Source: Podarcis muralis
Lineage: Eukaryota
Assembly (NCBI RefSeq): GCF_964188315.1
Contig: NC_135656.1
Span: 121,954,001-122,018,000 of the forward strand
Length of the DNA stretch: 64,000 nt
Direction: 5' to 3'
A program made the translations under genes and the position numbers. The notes under the pieces are model-generated. The model did not search any database. It was not told where the DNA came from and worked only from the letters and a program-made list of their open reading frames with translations. Of the stretch, positions 46,901 through 60,600 are shown one piece after another (position 1 is the first letter of the stretch; the number at the start of each line of letters is the position of its first letter).

Positions 46901-49900
46901 AGCTCCTGCCAACCTTGCAGTTCTAAAGCTTGCTTGTGCAAGTAGATAATTAGGTACTGCTGCTGTGGGAAGGTAAACAGCTTTTCCATGCATTCTGGCA
47001 CTCGTCACAGTGTCCACTTGCACCAGAAGCTGGCCACATGACCCGAAAAAAGCTGTCTACAGACAAATACGGGCTCCCTCAGCTTGAAAGCAGAGATGAG
47101 TGGCACACCCCATAGTTGGATTCGACTGGATTAAACTGGCTTTAACTTTACCTTTACTAAATAGTTTAGGGAATTTTAAACAAAAATAGATTGTGAAGAC
47201 CTCCAACAGAACCTCTCCAAACCTCAGTGACTGAGCAGTAAATTGGGAAATGTAATTCAATAGAAACAAGTATGAAGTGATGCAGGTTGAGGCAAAAAAT
47301 AGTACTTTCATAAATATGCTCATGGGAGTTGAAGTAGGGATGACACTTCCTACAAAACTGAAATCCCTTTCAATCCAAAATCCTCTGTTTTCTTTTTCTT
47401 TTTTGGATCATAATCAAATGTATCTGAATGATTTAACCCACCTTATTAAACCAAAGGGGCCACACGATGGCATCCTGATCAATGGTGACTTTTACGTCTG
47501 CGGATCCCTCTCTCTCCATACTCCCAACTTTCCCCACGTGAAGGGAGTCATTGGCAAGCATCACAATGTTCACCACGTCAAATTCAGCTGTCAGGTCCCC
47601 ATTCTCATCTAAATATACTCCGCCTATAGAAGCATTGTAGAACTGAAAATCACTCAGGAAACGGTGTAACTGGAATGACAGAGAAGATCGCAGCATTTCC
47701 GCCCAGTTGGTTCACATATAATCTAGGCACCTAGTGGCCATGGACTATTTTTCTATTTAATGTTCTCAATATACTTGAGGTCTTTCAAAATGAGCTCTTC
47801 CTTCAGCTGAGTAGCTTAAGAAATAGGTTGCGTCCAAGATCCTGTGACTTGGGGCTAGAGAGAGTATGGCAGCTCCTCTCAGAGTCCTGCTCCAAGCGGT
47901 GGCTGCAGCTGTGGGTCTGGCTGCAGTTGTGGCAGCTACCAGTCAGGCTATAGACTTGCAGACCAGGCATTTCATGAAGCAGGCTTGTGACCCTCAACCC
48001 GAGTGAGAGGCTGGTTGAAAGGGAACTTTGGTTTGGTGCAGTTCCCCCTCTGAATGAGAAACAGTGGGAGGAAAGTAGCTAGGTGGGTAGGGGAGAGTGT
48101 GGTTGGAGTGGAGGGTGGACTGGCCACCATCGGGAGTGGAGACCTAGGTGTTTGGTCTCTGTTCCTTGTTAAAGCCCTCTCACACCACCAGAGGTTACTA
48201 GTAGCAGATCTACTGAGCCCTCTGGTCTGGTGCTGCTACTGCTGAATGTCAGATCAGTCCATATTAAAAACATGCTGTTCCATGATTTGATTGCACATGA
48301 GTGGGCTGATTTGGCTTGCATTACCAAGAGTTTTTTGAAGCTAAGAGCCGCTTGATGGTGGATCTGTGGAACAGTCTCCCTCGGTAGGTTGTGGACGCTC
48401 CTTCATTGGAGGTTTTTCCAGGAGAGGTTGGATGGCCATCTGTAAAGGATGATTTACTTGAGATTCCTGCATTGCAGTATGTGGGGCTAGATGACTTTCA
48501 GGGTCCCTTCCAACTCTCCAGTTCCATGATTCTATGATTTGCGTGAGGGAGATGGGTGGGCCTGACCTTACCTAGCTCTGCCCACCTGAATTTTTGATAC
48601 TGCCTGAGACTAGACTAGGGGGTCAAGGCAGGGGAGTTGCTATTGTCTACAGGGACACCATCTCCTTGACCAGGGAGCCTCTTGACCTTGGAAAGGGTTT
48701 GTGGAGAAACTTTGGAAATAAAAGTCATGGAACTTCTTACATGCAGTAGAATTCTATCTTGCTTTAACTTTGGAATGCTTTGTTTGTCTTTGATAATTAG
48801 GAAAGTGAGATATGATTATTTTGATGAAAACAATTATGATGGTTTACCTAGGAAAGTATATGAATGGAGATTTAAAATGAATGTGATACAGAACAGAAGG
48901 GTCTATCAGTTCTACATGAATCAATATTCACCTACAGTATTTTATAACCTTATTTATCTCCTTTTTTAATTCTTGCTTTGTTGTTTAGCTGTTTAGTCAT
49001 GTCCGACTCTTCGTGACCCCATGGATCAGAGCACGCCAGGCACTCCTGTCTTCCACTGCTTCCCGCAGTTTGGTCAGACTCATGTTTGTAGCTTCGAGAA
49101 CACTGTCCAACCATCTCGTCCTCTGCCGTCCCCTTCTCCTTGTGCCCTGCATCTTTCCCAACATCAGGGTCTTTTCCAGGGAGTCTTCTCTTCTCCTGAG
49201 GTGGCCAAAGTATTGGAGCCTCAGCTTCACGATCTGTCCTTTCAGTGAGCACTCAGGGCTGATGTCCTTCAGAATGGATAGGTTTGATCTTCTTGCAGTC
49301 CATGCAACTCTCAAGAGTCTCCTCCAGCACCAGAATTCAAAAGCACCAATTCTTCGGCGATCAGCCTTCTTTATGGTCCAGCTTAATTCTTGCTTAATTT
49401 CTGTTAATTAAAGGAAATGGACCTACAAATCTGTCATTGAACCGGCCGTTATTTAAAATGGAACAAAATCCATCCAGATAATTAGAGAAGGAAAATGAAT
49501 ACCTGTGATGCTTGGACTTTTCCATCTTCCAACCTGTTCTGACCCGTCATCATCACCCTCTTGGATCTAGAGGAGTACACAGCATTTAAAGCATTCAAGG
49601 CAAGGGCCAGAGCTCGGACCGTGTTGTAAATGCTGGAGGTGTCCTGAAACAGGCTCCTTTCAAGGACATCCTGAGGGAAACCCGAAAAGTTCTCCTTCAC
49701 TTTGCATTGCTTCTGGCCTTTCACAGAAAACACATGCTTTGAATATAAGCAATGATAGCCTTCAGGCCAACATGGATGGACATTACTATAAGGGAAAGAA
49801 ACTGGCAGATTACCATCATGTTTTGATCTTTTTTTGGTCTGGAAAAATAAAGATAAATATCCATGAATGTGTTTGTTCTCAAGTATTTCCAGAGACATGC

Positions 49901-51686
49901 TGCAGCTGACATATGAGAAAGCTATTGTTATCCAAACTTTCCCAGTAACGGGTTTCAGGGTTTCACCCACTATTTCCAGCGTACGTGCGGCTTCTAGGGC
50001 GGACTGAAAGTCCCCATAGTAAAGAAACACATTGATTCGCCTGTCCATAGAAAGTGAAATCTTCTGCTGGAGCTTTTTGTATGCATTGGCTATAAAAAGG
50101 AAGCCTCGTAAAATGGTTTGTGAGAATACAACACAGACACCGTCCTTAGCAAGCGCAGGTGCCAGGGTGCTCAGAAACCTTTTTCCATTTTCAGAGTCAG
50201 GAGCTATGAGCCCAATCCAAGTCCACCTGAAATGCAGGAGTAGCCTGACAATCCCTGAGCCTGGGGGTTCTTCATTTGGGGTCATTGGGTAGAGCAAAGG
50301 AGATTGTGTTTTGTCAAGGGCATGATGAACAGAAGCGTAACTGACCTAGGAAGAAAAGGAAGATATAGAGGGTTTTACTGGTCAACTGGAAATTGTGGTC
50401 AGGGAGAGCCATATTCTGCAGTGCTTCTCTGGAATGGAGATGTAGGACACTTATAGGAAACAATACACTCTGGCCAGTGACCGAAATAAATAGATTCATT
50501 CATTATAGGCAACAATATAACATATCTTCAACATCATTTCCACCCAGAATGCCCCCCCACGATGTTTGAGGCTATGTAGAGTTAAGATGTGTTGCATTTT
50601 CTACTTTTAACATTTGGTTTGGGGAAAGGGGTCGATTTCTAGCTCACTTGAGTGTTAGTTTCACATGAGTTTCGTTCCTTAGATTTGTTTTTCTGCCCAG
50701 TCTATATTATTCCCCCACCTTAAAGTACCAGGGCAGGTTACCAAAATAGGCTTGTGTGAAGCCATCCCAGAGATATCTTCTGGAGGCTGCATTTCTGTCC
50801 CACCAAAGTATGATTCATGCCCCGTGTAAATTGCTATTTTCCTAGAAAAAGAGGTGACAGAACTCACCCTGAACCCTTGTCCTCTTATAAAGTGCCGGCT
50901 GAAAAAAGATTCTATTTCCCCCTTGTAAGTATAAAGTACTTAGCAGCTCACAGTACACATCTTGTGAGCTTCCTGTTGTAGCTTCTGAGAGGCATCTCTC
51001 TTTCCAAAAGGCTTGTTCCTCCCCTTAGTCGTTTCTGATGGTGATTCTCTTTTGAAACCCTTCTTCACCCAGCAGTACATATCCTCCAACATAAGAAGAG
51101 CCTCCTGGATCAGGCCAATGGCCCATCTAGTCCGATATTGTGTTCTCACAGTGGCCAACAAGATGCTTGTAAGAAACTAGCAACTGGCACCGAAAAGCAT
51201 TGGTGCCTCCAACTAGGAAGGTAGATCACAGTCATCATGCCTAGCAGCCATTAATAGCCCTTGCCTTCATGAATTGGTTTAATCCTCTCTTAGAAGCTTC
51301 ACTGCCTCCTCTGGGAGTGAGCTTCATAGTTTACTTCCTATTCAGAGAGGTTGCTGTTCTCTGTATGTTGCCCATGCTAGTGTGTTCATACCTGGGGGAT
51401 TTTGTAGGTTCCCAGCATACTTGAAATCTGGAGTGAGGTGTCAGAGTTGACCCCTTCAATGAAAACCAAGGGCTTCTTCTCTCTTCCACAGTGGTAGTTT
51501 GGGACATTGGCCCTCCCAGGAGAGAGCAGATCTAGCGTGGCGTCATAGGTCATTCTTGCATTGAAAAAATTCTCATAGATGTCATAGCCCAGGGTGATGT
51601 TGGGTAAGATCCCAGGGTCCTGATTAATCTCATGGATGGCGATCATGAAGGACAGGCGATACCAGTATGCTCTTGTCCCTCTTTCC
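43946..51686 (-). pseudogene. Vmn2r: V2R gene E: exons 2-6 open but exon 1 deleted (probable pseudogene)
   Basis: Exons: 51392..51686, 49503..50345 (843 nt, +3 aa LALNALNA), 47442..47669, 46701..46827, 43946..44856. Where exon 1 should be (52538..52946) there is only a MITE fragment. Exon-5 donor has decayed to GCTAGT. Confidence 0.8.
48979..49382 (-). mobile_element. BovB/RTE LINE 3' fragment
   Basis: ORF 48997..49314 AWTARRSNLSILKDISPECSL...YFGHL.R..DSLEKTLMLGK..G.RRRGRQRTRWLD is the RTE-BovB ORF2 C-terminus. 13-bp direct repeat ttaattcttgctt at 48966..48978 and 49383..49395. Confidence 0.88.
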
Positions 51687-52537
51687 CTGTAATAAACATG
51701 AAGCCTAATGTCAGTCTCCGTTCAGTGAAAAGTGTCAAGTCCCTGCTTTCTTAACCCTATAAGAAATTGCAGCCACAAGAATGAAGCAAAACAGAACATC
51801 CACATCACATAATCAGCCATATGTGAGTTCGTTGGAAGGTGAACGGCTGCTTGCCAGTTAAGGAGAGATAGAAGCATATTTGAGCACTTGAGTGCTGGAA
51901 GCAGGGAGTGAATACAACTCTCAAATATATTTAGCAAAAGTTTGTAAAAGGACAGGGCACTAGTTCAAGGGGAGTGGTAGGTTGTAAGAGTTTGTTTCTT
52001 TATTTTTTTAAAAAGGAAGAGGAGATGTAAAATAGAGATCTTTACCAGTCATATAATTCCTGCTTCTCATTGTTATTGCTATTCTTATCCTATTTAGTAG
52101 CTACGTTTCACCCTAAGGTCCCAGGGCAGGTGAACTGTACTGGCTGCCAGTTGATTTCTAGACTCAATTCAATGTGATTGTATGTTAACTTGATAGATAG
52201 ATTGCTATAGTCCTGCTCCTTTCAGAGGAGTGCGGATCAGGCCATCTTCACATTTCCCAAGTCAAGAAGTTGGGATGCAGATGATCTCAGGCTCTTCATG
52301 ATTCACCATCAATTTGGTTTATTTCCAGTGGAAAAAAGAGAGGAAGGAAGCAATGCACATGCATTTCGTGTCTTCAATGGACAAACTCTAGAAAGCAGGA
52401 CTTGTCCCTGGCATATAAGGATTAGAGGCCTGGGCAATCACAGCTAAGCACAACAGTATTCAAGAATATGCTATGTATATATGCCTACCCATTAATCACA
52501 ATCTTATCTGCTATGCTGAAATTGCAAGGGGAAAGTA

Positions 52538-52946
52538 CCGTATTTTTCGCCCTATAGGACGCACCTTTCCCCCTCCAAAAATGAAGGGGAAATGTGTGTG
52601 CGTCCTATGGGGCGAAGGCAGACTTTAGCTGAAGCCTGGAGAGCGAGAGGGGTCGGTGCGCACCGACCCCTCTCGCTCTCCAGGCTTCAGGAAGCTATCT
52701 GCAAGCCTTGGGAGCCCGTGGGAGTTCCCATTGGGCTCCTTAGGCTTGCGGATAGCAGCCTGCATCTCAAAGCCCGGGGCGCGCACTTCACTTCCCCAGA
52801 GGCTTCACTTCCCCAGAGGCGGTTTGGAGGCTAGCGGCGGGAGAAGCGCACTTCTCCCAGCCGCCAGCCCCGCAACCTGGGGGACAGCGGGAAGACGCAG
52901 CGCGCCTCCCCGCTGTCCCCCGACGCGGTTTGGAGGCTGGGTTTGG
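52538..52946. mobile_element. Left-end fragment of the Tc2-like MITE replacing exon 1 of gene E
   Basis: TA at 52536-37, TIR ccgtatttttcgccctataggacgcac, perfect 62-bp palindrome 52629..52690; joins to upstream-region sequence agtcaaagccc at 52947. Confidence 0.85.
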
Positions 52947-53420
52947 AGTCAAAGCCCTTGGTGGCACAAGACGTCTTTAAATATGCAGCAGGCAATTCAA
53001 GCTCTCATTTCTGTAATATCTGTTCTTTGTGTTAAAAGTGGGTACATTGCTTGAGTTTTGCCAAGGAATAAATCACTATGATTATGATAATTATGCAGGG
53101 AATATGCATGTCTGGAATCACTTGTGGAGCTTGAGCAGCAGCTACAGAGCTGGAAGAAAATATCACAATCTGTTTTCTGATGCTCTAGAGGGTAGGACTT
53201 GACTCAATGGCTTCAAGTTAAGGGAAAGGAGACTCTAACTAAAAAATCAGGGAAAGGTTTCTGACAACAAGAGCTGTTTGAATAGTCCCCCCTGGGAGGT
53301 TGTGGACTTTCCTTCCTTTACTCAGAGTTTGGATGACCATCTGTCATGACTGCTTGGTTGAGATTCCTGCATTGCAGAGGGTTGAACTACATGCCCCTTG
53401 GGTTCCCTCTTTAAACTTTA

Positions 53421-53788
53421 AAGGTAAAGGTAAAGGTACCCCTGCCTGTATGGGCCAGTCTTGACAGACTCTGGGGTTGGTGCGCCCATCTCACTCTATA
53501 GGCCAGGGGCCAGCGCTGTCCGGAGACACTTCCGGGTCACATGGCCAGCGTGACATCGCTGCTCTGGCGAGCCAGAGCCGCACACGGAAACGCCGTTTAC
53601 CTTCCCGCTAGTAAGCGGTCCCTATTTATCTACTTGCACCCGGGGGTGCTTTCGAACTGCTAGGTTGGCAGGCGCTGGGACCGAGCAACGGGAGCGCACC
53701 CCGCCGCGGGGATTCGAACTGCCGACCTTTCGATCGGCAAGCCCTAGGAGCTGAGGCTTTTACCCACAGCGCCACCCCTGTCCCCGTC
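53421..53788 (-). mobile_element. Young Sauria SINE
   Basis: (ACCTTT)n tail and full body close to the copy at 23576; 12-bp direct repeat ctttaaacttta at 53409..53420 and 53789..53800. Confidence 0.85.
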
Positions 53789-54211
53789 CTTTAAACTTTA
53801 CACTTCCATAATTCTATGATTCTTTCTTACAAGTTCTCAATGATGTGGCAAAATGCTCTGAGAAATAGTCATAGAGGGGAAAGGTGATCCTAGAATGACA
53901 TTTATTAAAGATTTGTCAGCAAATAAGCCAGGATCAAGCTATTTTTTTCAGGAAATTTTGGGGCCTGATATCATGAACTTCTGCTGCCTGGTGGACTTTT
54001 GTTATGCATATGGGGGGGGGGGGACTTGAAGCCTCCTGTGCGAGTCAAAGACTTTATTCCAGAGTATGTGTATGTCTCCCCATAACCTCATATCTTCTCC
54101 TGACAAAGTTTTTTGACATTTGAATATTTCATTTTAGACCAGCAAGTGGCTGGATTTTGTTATTGCCATTCTGTTCACAGATCCCTACAATGGAAAAGAA
54201 TGTACAAAGAA

Positions 54212-56067
54212 TCAGATGGCATCTTTACTTTTTGTCGTCAGATTCTCCTTTGTGTTCAGACCAGGCCTGAATAAAATAATGTAGCACTTGGGGAGGAAGA
54301 TGCAGCCCAGAAGCCCAGCACTGGAGGCCAACATAGAGAAGACCTGCACGGCCACCATGTACTTCCCCTTGGTGCTCAGGTAGGTGGGCACAAAGGACAC
54401 CCAAACACTGCAGAAGACCAGCATGCTGAAGGTGATCAGCTTGGCTTCATTGAAGGACCCAGGCAGCTTCCTGGCTAGGAAAGCCACCGTGAAGCAGATG
54501 GCAGCCAGGAAGCCCATGTAGCCAAGGGCTCCATAAAACATGGCAGCAGACCCTACATGACATTGCAGGATAATCTCTGCAGGTTGGGAGTGCATGTCTG
54601 AGTCTGGGAATGGGGGAGAGGTCCCCAGCCAGGTGGTGCAGATGAGAACTTGGACACTGGAACAGGAAAGGACAACAGCGTTGGCCAGAGTCTTCCCCAG
54701 CCATTTCTTCACCCTGTTCCCTGGCTTTGTGGCCAGGAAAGCCAGCACAACGGTAATGGTTTTGGCCAACAAAGAAGAGACAGCAACTGAGAAGATGAGG
54801 ACAAATGCAATTTGTTGGAGAAGACAGGTGGCTTTTCTTGGCTGGCCAATGAAGAGCAAGGAGGACAAAAAGCAGAGCAAGAGGGATACAAGGAGGATGT
54901 AGGAAAGGTCCCTGTTGTTGGCTTTGACTATGGGAGTTTCTGAGTATTTAATGAAAATTCCTAACACAAAGCATGTGATTAAGGAGAATAACAAGGTAAA
55001 GGAAGACAAGAGAATCCCCAAATAGTCTTCATAGGACAGGAAAGTGATAGTCTTGGGAACACATTGATCTCGGTCCTTGTTTGAGTGCTGATCTTCTGGG
55101 CATTTGGTGCAGTGGTCTGCATCTGAAAGGAAGATGAGTCATTTGAGCACCCAGGGTCTCTAGCAAGGGACATTCCCAGCCCCAGCGGGAGATACTATGA
55201 CTTGAATTGGCAATCTGTTGCGTGAAAAGCAGATGCCCCAACAGATTGAGGTTGAATCCTGAATAGACAGAAGTACTGTTTTGGGGGGACAGGAGGCGGG
55301 CAGGTGTGGAGGATTCCCTGGTCCTGAATGGGGTAACTGTGCCCCTAAAGGACCAGGTGCGCAGCCAGGGAGTCATTTTGGACTCACAGCTGTCCATGGA
55401 GGCACAGGTCAAATCTGTGTCCAGGGCAGCTGTTTACCAGCTCCATTTGGTACGTAGGCTGAGACCCTATCTGCCTGCGGACTGTCTCACCAGAGTGGTG
55501 CATGCTCTGGTTATCTCCCGCTTGGACTACTGCAATGCGCTCTACGTGGGGCTACCTTTGAAGGTGACCCGGAAACTACAATTAATCCAGAATGCGGCAG
55601 CCAGACTGGTGATTGGAAGTGGCCGCCGAGACCACATAACACCGGTCTTGAAAGACCTACATTGGCTCCCAGTACGTTTCCAAGCACAATTCAAAGTGTT
55701 GGTGCTGACCTTTAAAGCCCTAAACGGCCTTGGTCCAGTATACCTGAAGGTGCGTCTCCACCCCCATCGTTCTGCCCGGACGCTGAGGTCCAGCACCGAG
55801 GGCCTTCTGGTGGTTCCCTCATTGCGAGAAGCAAAGCTACAGGGAACCAGGCAGAGGGCCTTCTCGGTAGTGGTGCCCACCCTATGGAACGCCCTTCCAG
55901 CAGATATCAAAGCGATAAACAACTACCTGACATTCAGAAGACATCTTAAGGCAGCCCTGTTCAGGGAAGTTTTTAACGTGTGATATTTTAGTGTATTTTT
56001 GGTTTTTATGGAAGCTGCCCAGAGTGGCTGGGGGGGCCCAGCCAGATGGGCGGAGTATAAATAATAA

Positions 56068-56127
<60 letters not shown>

Positions 56128-57629
56128 TGGTAAAGGTTTTATGGGGGGGAATGATACTGTTTTGGACAAGATTACAAAAGTTACCCTATTCCTTCTCTCA
56201 CTTGCCTTCCACAGTGGAGATGGTCCCTTTCACACAGGGAGCACAATCATAGCAGCAAAGTGGCTTTCCTTCCCGGATGACCTTGACATCCCCAATATGA
56301 CAGCTCTCAGCACATCTGGATTGAGGGACAGTCTGCCCATAAAGAAAGATGGTCAGGAGTTAGTGATATTGTGGGATGTAGAGGTGCAGTCAAGTGCAAC
56401 ATTCCGACAGAGGACTAACGGCCTCCAGGTTCTAACCGGTTGCTGTGACAACCAGTTTGTCGGTTGCTGGTAGCTTTGCAAATAATTTTTATTAAGTTTC
56501 CATTTACCAAGCCAATCATATTTTATTAACATTTTTTTATTTCCACACAGTTTGTTTTTCAATCTCACTTGCTATCAGACATTGTGACAGTTCTTCAAGG
56601 GGGGGGGGGGGGTTGTTAGGTAAATCATATTGAAAAAGAAGAAAGTTTCCCCCCTCCTTTCCGCTCCGTTCAACATACCGTCATGGCTGTGCTTCCTTGA
56701 TGTAATCCTTTGTTCATTCCGTCCCATCGCTCAATCTTCTCAGTGGTACATTTATTTAGCAGATAATACACTCCTGACCTTGCTCGAAGCATGTGTATTT
56801 ACTTCTCCAATTTTTCTCTCTCAGTGTCCCCACCCCCTCCTTCTTTCAAATTCGGGGGTGATTTATGGACAACCGCGGGCAAGTACAGCATCTTCCCACC
56901 CCCTGGGAAGATGAGGGATACTGATATATTCCCCATAATCAGCCTCTAATTACCTCGTGCGAGCCGGATAGATGGTATTGTCGGCCATCTTCCAAGGCGC
57001 TTCTAGCACCCCCCCCCCCCCCCGGTTGCTGGTAGTTTTCAAAGATAACTGCTGAGTTGCAGTCGCCTTAGGACCAACTTCCCTCTGGTATAGTTCATTT
57101 GCTTGTTATGTAACCTAAACCTGCCTTCAGGTACGCTTCTGTAAACCTGAATGAATCTGAGAGTAAAATAGTTTTATATTACATGAATCAGATTTGTGTG
57201 TGTATTCCTATAGAGGGATTCTAAGGGATTTTTAACTCTCCTAAAGAAAACCTTCCCACAGGTATGTCTATCTAGACAATAATACTGGAGCCAATACTCC
57301 CAGCTCCTGCCACCTAGCAGTTTGAAAGCATACTAGTTCAAGTAGATAAATAGATACTGCTGCTGTGGGAAGGTAAATGGCATTTCCGTACGCTCTGGTG
57401 TCCTGTTGCGCCAGAAGTGGTTTAGTCATTCTGGCCAAATGAGCCAGAAAATCTGTCTACAGACAAATGCCAGCTCCCTCGGTCTGAAAGCAGAGATGAG
57501 TGCCACATCCCATAGTTGGATTTGACTGGATTGCACTGGATTGAACTTTACATTTACTAAATCGTTCAGGGAATTTTAAACAAAAACAGATTGTGAAGAC
57601 TTCCAACAGAACCTCTCCAAACTTCAGTG

Positions 57630-57674
<45 letters not shown>

Positions 57675-60600
57675 TCATTATTTATACCCCACCCATCTGG
57701 CTGAGTTTCCCCAGCCACACTGGGTGGCTGCCAATAAAATATTAAAAAACAATAGTCAATCTGTAGACGGATTAAGCAATAAATTGGGAAATGTAATTCA
57801 AAGCAAACAAGTGTGAAGTGATGCAGGTTGAGGCAAAAAATATTACTTTCATAAATATGCTCATGGGAGTTGAAGTGGGAGCGACTCTTCCTACAAAACT
57901 AAAAGCCCCTTTCAATCCAATATCCTCTGTTTTCTTTTTTGGATCATAGTCAAATGTACCTGAATGATTTAACCCACCTTATTAAACCAAAGGGGCCACA
58001 CGATGGCATCCTGATCAATGGTGACTTTTACGTCTGCGGATCCCTCTCTCTCCATACTCCCAACTTTCCCTACGTGAAGGGACTTATTGGCAAGCATCAC
58101 AATGTTCACCACATCAAAATCAGCTGTCAGGTCCCCATTCTCATCTAAATATGCTCCACCCCTAGAAGCATTGTAGAACTGAAGATCACGCAGGAAACGG
58201 TGAAACTAGAATGACAGAGAAGATCACAGCATTTAAGAAAGTTGGCTGTTTCAGCCCAGGTGGTTCACATATTATCTAGGCACCTAGTGGCCCTCTCGCT
58301 CTCCAGGCTTCACGCAGCTCTCCACAAGGCGCCGGAGCCCGGCGCTGGGCTCCCACGGCTTGCGGAGAGTTGGCTGCATGCCGAAGGCTGGGCGTGCTAA
58401 GCTCAGCGTGCCCAGACTTTGCGCAGCTCTCCGCAAGGCGCAGGAGCCCGGCGCCGGGCTCCCACGGCTTGCGGAGAGTTGCCTGTTCTGGGGGCTGGGG
58501 TCGGGGGAAGCTCGGGCTTCCCCCGCCCCAGCCCCACGCCTGGTGGGGAAATATTTTTTTTCCCTTTTATTTCCCCCCCAAAAAACTAGGTGCACCTTAT
58601 GGGACTGTGCGTCCTATAGGGTGAAAAATACAGTACTTCTTTTTTAAAAAAATTATGTTCAATGCAAAGTTACAACAAAAATTACAAACATAAATTCCTA
58701 AAAAAAAGAACAAACCAACAAAAGCAAATCAAAACAAACAGAAACCAAAAAGGGGAAAAATCACACCTACCCAAAAAATCCCCTGCCATCATACTAAGCT
58801 TTACATACATATACTCATATTGACTTCCTTCCTCTGTTTTGAGACCTCAAACATTTTAATCTTTCTGAATTGTTGTGTCTAATGTAAATTACCCCTATCT
58901 TTACACCTTTCGCACCGCTTTTAACCCTGCAAAGCTTCATTCGTTACATACCGATATACTTACTCCAGAACAATGTTTTTTCATATCTTCTTTAACACAA
59001 TCCCATTCCTTTGCTAATTTTTGGTCCCATTGTCCCCTTAGGAATGCTGTGAATCTTGCCAAATTCATATAAGCACAATGTTTAATTTGCTATTCTTTTA
59101 TTGATGGGATTCCACCCCCCTTTCCAGTTTTGTGCTATGACCATCCTGGGAGCTGTTGCTGCATAAAGGAATACTTTCCTTGGATTGCCGGAAATATCTT
59201 TTTAATTATACCTAAAAGGAATGCCTCCCGTTTTTTACTAAAAGATATTTTAAACATCTTTTTGATTTCTTCATATATTTCATTCCAAAATTGTTGAATA
59301 GGTCGGCATTCCCACCACATGTGAAACATTGTTCCTATTTCTTTCTTGCATCTCCAACAGGTATTTGATTTTGATTTATAAATTTTTGCCAATTTTACTG
59401 GAGTTAATTACCATTGGTATATCATTTCCCCAATATACTTGAGGTCTTTCAGAATGGGCTCTTCCATCAGCTGAGCAGACCAAGAAAAAAGGTTCCGTCC
59501 TAGAGCCTCTGTGTTGGGGTTGGGGAGGGAATGGCATCTCCTCTCTGAGTCTTGCTCCAAGCTATGGCTGCGGCTGCGGTTGTGGCAGCTACCCGACAGG
59601 CTGCAGACTTGCAGGCCTGGAACTGCATGAGGCAGGCTTGTGACCCTCAACCAGGGTGGACTTCCCCGTTTGAGTGAGAGGCAGTGGGAGAAAAGTAGCT
59701 GGGGATCTAACATTTTCTTCTGACGGTGTGGGGCATGTCTAATAATGAGCCTTAGCTTAGTTTTCTGTGGCCTAATCCCCCAAGTGTAAACGGGGTGAAT
59801 GGAAATGCTTTAATGATTCTAGGTGGGCAGGTAGCAGGGCGTGGTCAAGATGCTGCCCCTATTCTCGTGGTGATAGGCAGGGGAAAGCAGGGCTAGAGTG
59901 GGGAGGGGGCTGGCCACCATCAGGGGTGGAGGCCTAGGTGTTTGGTCTCTCTTCCTTGTTCCAGCCCTCTCACACCACCAGGGGTTACTAGTTGCAGATC
60001 TACTGAGCCCTCTGGTCTGGTGCTGCTACTGCTGAATGTCAGTTCAGTCCATGTTAAAAACATGCTGTTTCATGATTTGATTGCACATGAGTGGACTGAT
60101 CTGACTTGCATTACTAAGAACTTTCTGGCCCTAAGAGCTGTTCAACAGTGGAACAGTCTCCACCATCTCCTTGACCAGGGAGCCTCTTCACCTTGTAATG
60201 GATTTGTGAAGAAACTTATTACATGCAGTAGAATTCTATCTTGCTATAACTTTGGAATGCTTTGCTTGTCTTTGATATTAGGAAAGTGAGATATGATGAT
60301 TATGATGGAAATAATCATGGCGGCATACCTAGGAATGTATATGAATGGAGATTTAATATGAATGTCATTTCTTTTTGAGGAATCTTTAGTCTTCTCTTTG
60401 AAAGGGTGACATGATTATTGCTAGCAGTCCATAGCCCTGCAGATCAAGGTAACTATTGAAGGGCCTATCAATTCTGTATCAAACATTTTGACCTACAGTA
60501 TTTTATAACCTTATTTATCTCCTCTTTTTTAATGCTTGGCAAATTTCTGTTAATTAAAGGAAATGGATCTATGAATCCGTCATTAAATCGATTTTCATTT

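Noticed and set aside
55882-56473. Poly-Asn and poly-Leu ORFs
   Set aside because: Translations of the (TTA)n tail of the L2 element.
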